DNA from: Pirellulaceae bacterium
GTDB taxonomy: Bacteria > Planctomycetota > Planctomycetia > Pirellulales > Pirellulaceae
Direction of reading: 5' to 3'
DNA length: 64,000 nt
NCBI GenBank assembly: GCA_026004795.1
Contig: BPJV01000001.1
Span: 528,446-592,445, forward strand
The notes under the pieces are model-generated. The model did not search any database, was not told the DNA's origin, and saw only the letters and a list, made by a program, of their open reading frames with translations. Position 1 is the first letter of the stretch; each line of letters begins with the position of its first letter. Made by a program: the position numbers and the translations under genes. Shown here in pieces: positions 10,159-19,040 of the stretch.

Positions 10159-12307
10159 GGCTCGGCTCCTCGCTAAACGCACTTCGCCGTGGTTGGAACT
10201 CCAACAGGCTACTGCCTAGTTGAGCCAGGTGATGACGGCCAGTAACCATAATCAACGTCCATGGCTGCTCAGTTCCTACGAGCATCGTCGTCAACCGCTC
10301 TGCCTCCTCATCGGGAAGGCTGTCCAAAATCCCGTCGATCATCAGCAAGCGGGGACGTCCCGCTATAGCGCGGGCCACCATCAATTTTCGTGCTTGATTG
10401 GGTGTCAAGGGATAGCCAGTTTCTACCAACGGGGTCTCCAAACCTTGGGGAAGCCGCAAGACGGTCTCAAGCAATCCGGTCATGCGGAGCGCCTCGCGCA
10501 CATCGTTCGTGCTGACTTCGGGGCGCTCCAAATGGATGTTCTCGGCCAGCGTTCCCGGAAAAATCTCAATGTCACGTACCAAGACTACGGAGCGCCGCAA
10601 TGCGTCGGGCCTCAAGTCGCGCGGATTAACACCATTGATAACCACATGGCCAGAGGCAGGCTTGCGGCTCCCAAACAACAGATCCAAAAGAATACTCTTT
10701 CCGGAACCACTCGGTCCGACCAACATAACGCGCTCGCCGGACGCGATGCGCACGTCCAAGCCATCGAACACCGTGTTGTCTGCATTGTCCTGGTAACTTA
10801 GTTGTCCAATACTCACCTGCGCGGGCTGATCGACCGGGAATGTCAGCAACCCGTCCTCGGTTTCCAGATGCAAATCGAACAGTTGGCCAAGCTTATCGGC
10901 TGATGCCAAAACGTCGTAAAAGCTCTCCATATGCTTGCCGAATTTGGCCACCCCGCCGACGATCACCGTTACGATAAGCTCGGCAGCGACCAACTGCCCC
11001 AACGTCAGTTGCCCGGAAATCACCAACCATCCACCCAATCCAAGCAGGACCGTACTTGCCACCGCTTGGAGGGTCAGTGCGAAGACAATCTGTCGCATGA
11101 GAACACGAAAATGCGCTTTCCGACAACGCAAGTATTCGTAGATCAATCGGTCGGCTCGCTCCAACGCAAACTCCGCAGCATCAGCGTATCGAAATGCTAG
11201 CGGTGAGGCGATCAAGCTCTCCAACCACTCAGCCATTTGATACTTCTTCTTCGATTCTTCCAAACTGGTCGGCACGGCCCCCCGTCCGAGTACGAAGATG
11301 ATGACCAGAATCAAGACCAGTAAGGCAACGTCGAACCCCAACAACCAAGGATGGTAGAAGGCTAGAACCGCCATCCCGATAAACGTGGTGAGGACAAGCG
11401 AGATTCCATCCAAGAAAAATTGAGAAACAACTTTTTGAATCGTTACCACTTCGAAAAACCGATTCACCAATTCCCTTCCCGATCGCCCTTCCAATTCCTC
11501 CAAATCAACACGCGGCAACCGATACGCCAGGTCCGCCGCAATGCGAGCAAAAAGCCGGCGCTGGATAATCTCCACAACATAGGTCTGCAAGGCACGCAAT
11601 GCCGAGTTGAACGCCAGGAAAGCAAACAACATCAGGGCGAGAATGACGACCGGTTGTAACAACCGACCAAAAGCGACGGTGTTGACCAGCGTCTCCACCG
11701 CCATCGGAGTAGCCAAGCCCAGCAGCCCGCTGACCAAGGAAAAAATGGCGATGATCCATATGTCCCCCGCTTCAGGACGCATCAGCGCCAACAGGCGGTT
11801 CAATGGTGTCCGCTCGCGCAACGAAGGCTCATCGTCGTCATGCCCCAGCGTTGGCCCAATGACCAGACAGCGGGCCACCGAGTCGGAGCCATCCAGGCCC
11901 AGCAGGTGACGCAACCTTCCCGCGCGTACCCAACTGTAGGGCTGCCCCAACAACGGAGAAAGCAGGCGAAAACGCCGCCCTTTGGTCCCAATGATGGCTC
12001 GCCATTGCCGCTCCTCACCAACGCGAGTGAGGATGTATGCACCTTCTCGCGAGAGGGCCACGATCTGCTCGAACGTGCAATCGATAATCTTGCAGTTAAG
12101 CCCCAAACTGCGGCCGGCCTCAAGCAACCACCGCCACCACCGATCCTCGTCGCCAGGAGGCCACGCCCCAACCGCTTCGTCCAAGACGCGGCGTATGCGC
12201 GGCCGCTCTGGCATGCGGCCCGCATCGATGGCCAATTGCTCCATCAACCACGCGACCGACTCCAGATCGTTCTCGAGATGATTTTGTGTCCCAGTCTGCA
12301 ATGTCAT
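10148..12307 (-). CDS. HlyB-like ABC transporter (TMD+NBD) with degenerate NBD
   Basis: N-terminal extension, six-TM ABC membrane domain, Walker A GPSGSGKS; signature reads LTPNQ and Walker B LLMIDG. Confidence 0.85.
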   Translation of the reverse strand: MTLQTGTQNHLENDLESVAWLMEQLAIDAGRMPERPRIRRVLDEAVGAWPPGDEDRWWRWLLEAGRSLGLNCKIIDCTFEQIVALSREGAYILTRVGEERQWRAIIGTKGRRFRLLSPLLGQPYSWVRAGRLRHLLGLDGSDSVARCLVIGPTLGHDDDEPSLRERTPLNRLLALMRPEAGDIWIIAIFSLVSGLLGLATPMAVETLVNTVAFGRLLQPVVILALMLFAFLAFNSALRALQTYVVEIIQRRLFARIAADLAYRLPRVDLEELEGRSGRELVNRFFEVVTIQKVVSQFFLDGISLVLTTFIGMAVLAFYHPWLLGFDVALLVLILVIIFVLGRGAVPTSLEESKKKYQMAEWLESLIASPLAFRYADAAEFALERADRLIYEYLRCRKAHFRVLMRQIVFALTLQAVASTVLLGLGGWLVISGQLTLGQLVAAELIVTVIVGGVAKFGKHMESFYDVLASADKLGQLFDLHLETEDGLLTFPVDQPAQVSIGQLSYQDNADNTVFDGLDVRIASGERVMLVGPSGSGKSILLDLLFGSRKPASGHVVINGVNPRDLRPDALRRSVVLVRDIEIFPGTLAENIHLERPEVSTNDVREALRMTGLLETVLRLPQGLETPLVETGYPLTPNQARKLMVARAIAGRPRLLMIDGILDSLPDEEAERLTTMLVGTEQPWTLIMVTGRHHLAQLGSSLLEFQPRRSAFSEEPSHVR

Positions 12308-12766
12308 CAGGTTTGCAAGCTAAAAAACGGAACCTTCATGCGTTCGTGACGCTACGCCCCACTCTATCCATCGGTCGACTGACGATTCTCCACCATCTTA
12401 CTCGCCATCGATTTATGCCCAAGGTTTCTCCTCTACTTCCCCCGACATCGATCGGTTCGCTTGATGCTCGCTTTGGCCGTCCTCATAACCAAAGCCGCCC
12501 CCCGCCTGTTCGCCCAACATGAGCTTTTTTCAGACGGAAAACTCATGCCCCTCACCAACCCACCACGAAGACTCGCCCCCCGAAAGGACTGCCGACGGTC
12601 CAGATTATCAGTTTTTTTCGCTCCACCTTTTTCGTCCTGTTCGATCTTTAATTCGATTGCACCTTGCTCATCAGCCGATGCCACAATTGGCGGGACTGCC
12701 GGCAATTGACTCTGGAATGGTCAGTTGCTAACAACGCAAAAAGGACGATTCTGTAAGGGAACACAG

Positions 12767-14275
12767 ATGGCCACCGCTTCGCCAATGCACAAAAAGGCTA
12801 TGTTGCTAGCAGCACTCGCTGTTTCCCTGGGACGCGCAACGAGCCTCGAAGCGCAGCAACTTCACCATCACATGAGCGACAAGGCCGCCACGGCCCCCAG
12901 CGGGCACCCTCTCGTTGACCTCCATCATCCGGCCCAACAGGATGCCCAGCAGCAGAGGACAGAGGAAATCGGGCAGCGTTACCTGCCACCACCCGCTTTG
13001 CCTCCGCAAGCGGTACGCGTGGAACAGGCGCCAGTGGAAACTGGTCAGTCGCTCGATCTGCCCACTCTGTTGTCATTAGCCTGCCAGAACAATCCAACGC
13101 TCAGACAGGCGCGATTGCAGATCTCGGCGGAGTTGGCTAAAGCGCAGCAAGCGGGCCTGTATCCCAATCCGGTTCTCACCTACCTGGGCGAGCAGGTTTT
13201 TGTCGACGTGCCAGGCGATACCGACTCGCCCGGCGAGTTTCAGGGAGCGGAGGTATCACAGCGGATCGTCACGGCGAACAAGCTGCGCCTGAGCCGTGAG
13301 AAATATCTACGACGTGCACATGTTACTGAACACTTGGCAACAGCACAGCAATTCCGCGTTTGCAACGATGTGCGCATTCATTTTTACCGTGCATTAGCAG
13401 CACGGCAGCGAGTTGAGTTGCACAACGAATTGTTGAAGACGGCCGAGGATGCGGCGGTGACCGCACGAGAACTCTACAACTTAGGGCAGGCTGCACGTTT
13501 CGATGTGCACAAGGCTAACGTTCAGCTTCAAGAGGCTCGGCTGGCCTGGCAACGGGCGGAGCATGATTACCGGGCGCGGATGCGGGAATTATCGGCTTTG
13601 ATCGGGATCGATGTGTCCCAGGCGAACCTGGAAGGCGAACTGGCGGAAACCGACACGCCGTGGACGTTCGAGGAAGCGCGGCAACATCTGCTCAGCAGCA
13701 GCCCGCTGCTGTTGGCCGCCCGAGCGAAGCTCGATGCCGACCGGGCCACCATTCGCCGTGAAGAGGTTCAGTGGGTTCCTGATTTGATTATCGCCGGCGG
13801 TCCCGGTTACAACTTCGATGCAGGCGAAACGGTGGCGAACGCCAGTGTCAGTCTCGAGATCCCCTTGTTCGACCGCAACCAAGGCACGATTGCCCAGGCG
13901 CGCGCCGATTACCAGCGACAATTGAATGAGATACGGCGCATCGAGCTGCAACTGGAACGCATGCTGGCGGGCGTCTACCGCGACTATGCTCTCGCCTACG
14001 AGCACTCACTTGAATACCATCAAAAGATCGTGCCCGAAGCGGAGGCGATGTATCGGGAGTTGCTGCAAAGCTACAAAGCCAACCGCGCCGAGTGGCCCGA
14101 CGTGCTGGAGGCCCACCGGTACTATGTCCAGGCACGGGCCACCACGACCGACTTTGACGAACAGTTACGCCGCAGCGAGGTGATGATCCAAGGCTTCCTG
14201 TTGCACGACGGACTGATGCCTGCCGAAGGGGCCACTCCGGCCGGTCACATCGATGCGGTACCGAAACCTCGCTAA
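12767..14275 (+). CDS. TolC-family outer-membrane protein with His-rich N-terminus
   Basis: Signal peptide, QQLHHHM/GHPLVDLHHP, NNPTLRQA, GLYPNP, LEIPLFDRNQG motifs typical of metal-related OEPs. Confidence 0.85.
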   Translation: MATASPMHKKAMLLAALAVSLGRATSLEAQQLHHHMSDKAATAPSGHPLVDLHHPAQQDAQQQRTEEIGQRYLPPPALPPQAVRVEQAPVETGQSLDLPTLLSLACQNNPTLRQARLQISAELAKAQQAGLYPNPVLTYLGEQVFVDVPGDTDSPGEFQGAEVSQRIVTANKLRLSREKYLRRAHVTEHLATAQQFRVCNDVRIHFYRALAARQRVELHNELLKTAEDAAVTARELYNLGQAARFDVHKANVQLQEARLAWQRAEHDYRARMRELSALIGIDVSQANLEGELAETDTPWTFEEARQHLLSSSPLLLAARAKLDADRATIRREEVQWVPDLIIAGGPGYNFDAGETVANASVSLEIPLFDRNQGTIAQARADYQRQLNEIRRIELQLERMLAGVYRDYALAYEHSLEYHQKIVPEAEAMYRELLQSYKANRAEWPDVLEAHRYYVQARATTTDFDEQLRRSEVMIQGFLLHDGLMPAEGATPAGHIDAVPKPR

Positions 14276-14315
14276 CGAGTTTTCTACTCGGATGCATGCG
14301 CGTGGGCCGCCGGAA

Positions 14316-14331
14316 TGGCGTTTTCCCTGCA
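14316..14331 (+). promoter_or_regulatory. Weak candidate sigma-54 (-24/-12) promoter upstream of the multicopper oxidase
   Basis: TGGCGTTTTCCCTGCA: GG-N10-GC spacing, but only a partial match to TGGCAC-N5-TTGC. Confidence 0.25.
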
Positions 14332-14357
14332 TTGCTTGACATAACCTAACGATAAAC

Positions 14358-15923
14358 TTGAACGATGAGATCGTAACCATGCAGGACCACCAAGACGCCC
14401 CGAAGAATCGAATCGTCGATCGCCGGCGGTTCCTCGCCGCCTCCACGACCGTCGCCGCCACCGGATCGTCGCTCTTGGCAGCCCAACAAGTCGTCAGTCA
14501 AGACGCTCAAAACGAGGCCGCCAAGGATGGGCGCCAAGGCTCGCACCAGGAGACATCATCTTCCGACAAGCCACCTGCCGAAAGGCGAGAGCCGGCGATT
14601 CGCGACGAATATGATGGCTTTCACCGCTATCGTCCCAGTCGAGGGAATGACCCCGATTCGGATTTCTATCTCGGCAAATTGGTCCCCGGCTTCCGATCGG
14701 CCAGTGAAGGACCGGCACCTTTTATCGCCCCGGATCTGCCGAAACTACCTTGGAAGATGGTCCGCGGAGCCAAAGAATTTCATCTGGTACCGATGCCCGT
14801 CAAGCAGGAATTTCTGCCCGGGGTGAAGATGAACCTATATGGCTACAACGGCAGTTGTCCCGGTCCGACCATCGAAGTCAACCAAGGAGACCGGGTGCGC
14901 ATCGTCGTTACCAACGAATTGCCCGAGGAAACGTTCGTGCATTGGCATGGGTTCGAGCTACCTGTGCAATACGACGGGGCGGCAACGCTGACTCAGAATC
15001 CCATCCTACCTGGCAAATCAATGGTGTTCGAATTCGATATCCATGAATCGGGCACATTCTTTTATCACTCCCACGTCGCCATGCAGGAAGCATTCGGCCA
15101 GGTCGGATGGTTTATCGTTCACCCGAAGAAAGTGTTCGATCCGCCGGTCGATCGCGATTTCGGTTTGCTATTCCAAAACTTTTTCATCCCGCCGACACAG
15201 ACGATCTCCGACAGTTGGTCCATGGACTGGAACTGGCACGTGATCAACGGCAAAAGCGGTCCCTATACCACTCCGTTGGTAGTCAAACACGGTGAGCGGG
15301 TGCGCATCCGGCTGCTCGATTTCTCACCGATGCAGCATCATCCGATTCATCTCCACGGCCATACGTTTTGGGTCACCGGACACGAAGGCGCCCGCATACC
15401 GAAACAGGCCTGGATCCCACGCAACACCGAACTGATCGCGGTCGCCCAAGCTTCCGACTTCGAGTTCATCGCCAACAACCCCGGTGACTGGATCTTCCAT
15501 TGCCATATGGTGCATCACATGATGAACCATATGGTTAAGCATGTCGGACCGCGTATGCGCAACGAGGCGTCGGTCGATACGTTTCTGACGAATCTCCAGA
15601 ACCGCCCGAAAACCAACCTTACCAGCGCCGAAAACCTAACGGCGCCGGGATATCCACAGACCATGCAAGGCATGCACATGTCGGCCGAGTTCATGGAGAA
15701 GATATGGAGCCGACGTGAGGTCCAAGGCATGCGGGCCAACTATGCGATGGCGGTCAAAGGACTGATGACGGTGCTGCGAGTCTTACCCGAGGACCTCTAT
15801 CACCGCGTGATGGAGACCGACGAACCGATCGAGAAAGGAGAAATCTTTGCGGAAATCGTTCGCCGCTTCGGCAACCCCGCGCACTACGAACCGGCGCCGC
15901 ACATGCCGATGCACAACGAATAA
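14358..15923 (+). CDS. Tat-exported two-domain multicopper oxidase
   Basis: RRRFL twin-arginine signal; HWHG, YHSH, HPIHLHGH, HCHMVHHMMNHM copper motifs; start 14358 (TTG) or 14379 (ATG). Confidence 0.9.
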   Translation: MNDEIVTMQDHQDAPKNRIVDRRRFLAASTTVAATGSSLLAAQQVVSQDAQNEAAKDGRQGSHQETSSSDKPPAERREPAIRDEYDGFHRYRPSRGNDPDSDFYLGKLVPGFRSASEGPAPFIAPDLPKLPWKMVRGAKEFHLVPMPVKQEFLPGVKMNLYGYNGSCPGPTIEVNQGDRVRIVVTNELPEETFVHWHGFELPVQYDGAATLTQNPILPGKSMVFEFDIHESGTFFYHSHVAMQEAFGQVGWFIVHPKKVFDPPVDRDFGLLFQNFFIPPTQTISDSWSMDWNWHVINGKSGPYTTPLVVKHGERVRIRLLDFSPMQHHPIHLHGHTFWVTGHEGARIPKQAWIPRNTELIAVAQASDFEFIANNPGDWIFHCHMVHHMMNHMVKHVGPRMRNEASVDTFLTNLQNRPKTNLTSAENLTAPGYPQTMQGMHMSAEFMEKIWSRREVQGMRANYAMAVKGLMTVLRVLPEDLYHRVMETDEPIEKGEIFAEIVRRFGNPAHYEPAPHMPMHNE

Positions 15924-15977
15924 CCTTTCCGCAAGGGCAACTTGGCCCAGGTCCAATTGACTGCTAGACTTACCGCC

Positions 15978-17285
15978 ATGGACCGAACGGAAAACTACCG
16001 AAAAAACAGCCTGTCCTTACTTGATTCGGTCGCCATGGGAACCGGCGTGATGATCGGCGCGGGAATCTTTGCGCTGACCGGCCAAGTGGCTGAACAGGCC
16101 GGAGGATTATTTCCCCTGGCATTTTTTGCGGCGGCGGTTGTTGCGGCGTTCAGCGCCTATTCTTATGCAAAAATGGCCGAGCATTTTCCGTCGGCGGGTG
16201 GCATCGCCATGTTCCTGATGAAGGCGTATGGCAAGGGGACGATCACAGCCGGCATGGCCTTGTTGATGTATTTTTCAATGGCCATTAACGAGAGCCTCGT
16301 AGCTCGAACCTTCGGCACGTATACGTTGCAACTCTTTGACGGGAGTCAAAACCACCCGATTCTCGTTCCTTCCTTGGGCGTCGGACTGCTGATATTTGCC
16401 TTTGTGATCAACATCCTGGGCAACAAATACATCGGTGCCATGTCGCAGATCACGGCGATGGTGAAAATCATCGGCATCGCGGCGATCGCCTTGGCTGGAA
16501 TTTGGGCTTCGGGATTCTCGGTGCAGAACGTAGCGTCGCTGCGGGACGCCACACCTGGTGGATTCGTCGCCGGAGTGGCGTTGGCCCTACTTGCCTATAA
16601 GGGGTTCACTACCATCACCAATAGCGGCGATGAAATCGTGGATCCCAAAAAGAACATCGCTCGTTCGATCATCGTGTCGCTGCTGATCTGCACGGGCGTG
16701 TACATGCTGATTACCGTCGCTGTCGCGGGCAATCTCTCTATTGAAGAGATCGTAGCAGCGCGGGACTACGCGTTGGCTGAAGCCGCACGGCCCGCGTTCG
16801 GGTCGCTCGGAATCTGGCTAACGGTCATTCTGGCGATCGTGGCAACCGTCTCCGGATTGATTGCGAGTACCTTCGCCGTCTCGCGAATGCTGGCGATGCT
16901 GACTGAGATGGAACTCGTCCCACACAGCCATTTTGGAATGCCGGGCAGCATTCAGAAACACACGCTGGTGTATACCGTCGTCATCGCCATTGTCTTGACT
17001 GTGTTGCTCGACCTGTCGCGAATCGCATCGCTGGGGGCATTGTTCTATATCGTCATGGACATGGCCATTCACTGGGGAGTTTTCAAACACCTTCGCCGTG
17101 AAATACAAGCGCAAAGCTGGATTCTCGTCACAGCGCTCGTACTGGATGTCATCATCCTGGCCGCGTTGATCTGGATCAAAGCACAGACCGATCCGCTCGT
17201 ACTTTGGGTGGCTGCGATCGGGTTCGGCATCATCTTTGGGGGTGAACGCCTATTCCTCCATTACCATCCGCCGAAAACCGAATGA
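15978..17285 (+). CDS. APC-family amino acid permease
   Basis: GTGVMIGAGIF, FPSAGG, LAYKGF motifs; ~12 hydrophobic segments. Confidence 0.9.
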   Translation: MDRTENYRKNSLSLLDSVAMGTGVMIGAGIFALTGQVAEQAGGLFPLAFFAAAVVAAFSAYSYAKMAEHFPSAGGIAMFLMKAYGKGTITAGMALLMYFSMAINESLVARTFGTYTLQLFDGSQNHPILVPSLGVGLLIFAFVINILGNKYIGAMSQITAMVKIIGIAAIALAGIWASGFSVQNVASLRDATPGGFVAGVALALLAYKGFTTITNSGDEIVDPKKNIARSIIVSLLICTGVYMLITVAVAGNLSIEEIVAARDYALAEAARPAFGSLGIWLTVILAIVATVSGLIASTFAVSRMLAMLTEMELVPHSHFGMPGSIQKHTLVYTVVIAIVLTVLLDLSRIASLGALFYIVMDMAIHWGVFKHLRREIQAQSWILVTALVLDVIILAALIWIKAQTDPLVLWVAAIGFGIIFGGERLFLHYHPPKTE

Positions 17286-17400
17286 GGTCTTTCTGAACAG
17301 CGAAAGCGTCGGTGGACGGCGTCCGGTAGCTCCTCTGAACTACCCACTCGGCTCTTCGAGCATCATCTATCGGCATGAGGTTATGAAACTGGGCCACTCA

Positions 17401-18372
17401 CTACCCGTTCGGGCCGCGTGCAGTCGCTGTGTCGTCTCCATTGGTCTGGGGGGAGGGAGTATAGTCGGGCCCGACCAACATGGGCAGGAATTGATGGAGT
17501 GAACGGAAGACTACCGGTTGGTCGTCGATCGGTTCCCCATCGATCGAAAAACGCAGTTGGGGATCACTGGTGATCCGTAACTTGTGCACCTGTCGATACT
17601 CGACCTGGTCGCATTCGAGATACGTTTGAAGAATAAAATTGGCGGCCACGGATGCCAGATCGAACCCCGTTCCCTCCTTGATCAAGATGACATCCATCAG
17701 GCCGTCCTCTGGGTTGGCACGCGGTGCTAATGGAAGATGGCCGGCGTTGGTGCGTCCATTGGCGACAATGACATTCCAAACAGGAAGACGCAGGGGCGAT
17801 TCGTCATCGAACTGCACTTCCACTTGGTAGGCTTCCAGGTCCGCTAGAACGCCGATAGCACCCCTCAAATAGCATAATGGCCCCCAGGTTTGCTTGATCT
17901 CATCGGTCAGTGCCTCGGTAACTCGGTCGCTGTTGCCTCCGGCAGCTACATTGGCATAACAAGCTGGTTCGCCGGAAGTGGCAATCTCGATCAAATCAAG
18001 ATCCCGCGGCGTTCCGTTTCGCAAGACCTCATGGGCTTGTTGGAGGTCGTCGGGCAAGCCGAGGGTAAGGGCAAAATCGTTTGCCGTCCCAATCGGAAGA
18101 ACGCCCATGACGATCGGCGACTTTCTCGCTGGGAGCGCACCGCGGTAGAGACCATTGGCCACCGCATTGACTGTCCCATCACCACCAGCAGCCACGACCA
18201 CCTGGAAGTCATGACGTCGCGCCCTTTCCGCTAAGACACGAGCCTGACGATTCGACTCCGCCTCCACAATCTCGATGGTCGGAATCGCCTCCAACTGCTG
18301 TCGAACTTCCTGTGCCTCGTCGGTCGAAGCTTTACCGGCACATGGATTCCAAATGATGAGTGCACGAGTCAT
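17401..18372 (-). CDS. Diacylglycerol kinase-family lipid kinase (YegS/BmrU-like)
   Basis: IWNPCAG, AAGGDGTVN, LPIGTANDFA, SIDGE motifs. Confidence 0.9.
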   Translation of the reverse strand: MTRALIIWNPCAGKASTDEAQEVRQQLEAIPTIEIVEAESNRQARVLAERARRHDFQVVVAAGGDGTVNAVANGLYRGALPARKSPIVMGVLPIGTANDFALTLGLPDDLQQAHEVLRNGTPRDLDLIEIATSGEPACYANVAAGGNSDRVTEALTDEIKQTWGPLCYLRGAIGVLADLEAYQVEVQFDDESPLRLPVWNVIVANGRTNAGHLPLAPRANPEDGLMDVILIKEGTGFDLASVAANFILQTYLECDQVEYRQVHKLRITSDPQLRFSIDGEPIDDQPVVFRSLHQFLPMLVGPDYTPSPQTNGDDTATARGPNG

Positions 18373-18516
18373 AGCTCCATGCCTCGGCTTGTCTTCATAC
18401 GCTCTGCCTCCTCTAACAAACACGTCATCCTTCGCATCAATCGCCTCGCTGACTGGCCGCCAATGCATGGGACGCGCGACGCCCGGGCGATCGGCCGCAC
18501 GCCCCAACAGCGTGCC

Positions 18517-18906
18517 TCACTGCCCCCCTGGCGAATCGTCTTGCAATGCTTTACCCGCCGATTCTAGTGCGTTCCCCAACGTTTCCTTTGCGTTCTCAGC
18601 GGCGTCCTCAATCGATTCACCAGCCTCTTCCAGCCCTTCGCGAACTTGCTCAGTCGTTGTCTGCTCCTCGTCCGGCTTGGCTTCACGAGCAATTTCTTGT
18701 CTAGCTTCCGCTACTTCATCGGCAATCTCTTCCCCAGCCTCCCGTACTTCCCGAGCCACGTCCTCCGCGCGCTCCTCGGGAGTCTCCGGGCGTGTATCGC
18801 ACCCCACCAGGCTGAACGTCACCATGCCAACCAGGGAGGCGGCAATGACGTTGCCGACTACCATACGAAACTGGTTCATCCACGGTTTTTCTGTCCTACG
18901 CTTCAT
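18517..18906 (-). CDS. Small acidic lipoprotein with LEA/apolipoprotein-like helical repeats
   Basis: SLVG-C lipobox; E/A-rich ~11-mer repeats. Confidence 0.65.
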   Translation of the reverse strand: MKRRTEKPWMNQFRMVVGNVIAASLVGMVTFSLVGCDTRPETPEERAEDVAREVREAGEEIADEVAEARQEIAREAKPDEEQTTTEQVREGLEEAGESIEDAAENAKETLGNALESAGKALQDDSPGGQ

Positions 18907-19010
18907 CGGAAAACCTCCTCTCAGAGATGGAAAACTACGAATGTTTTTTTGCGAACCCGTTGAGCCGTCAGTGCCCGATCGTCGCCAGCTGTCTCCGCCA
19001 CTGGGACACG

Positions 19011-19026
19011 TGCAACTGCTGTGCCG
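19011..19026 (-). promoter_or_regulatory. Sigma-54 (-24/-12) promoter upstream of the lipoprotein gene
   Basis: Minus strand CGGCACAGCAGTTGCA matches GGCAC-N5-TTGC with exact GG-N10-GC spacing; intergenic. Confidence 0.7.
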
Positions 19027-19040
19027 CGAAAGCAACTAGG

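Noticed and set aside
12712-12729. TGGAATGGTCAGTTGC upstream of the His-rich TolC as a sigma-54 site
   Set aside because: GG-to-GC spacing is 11 nt, not the required 10.
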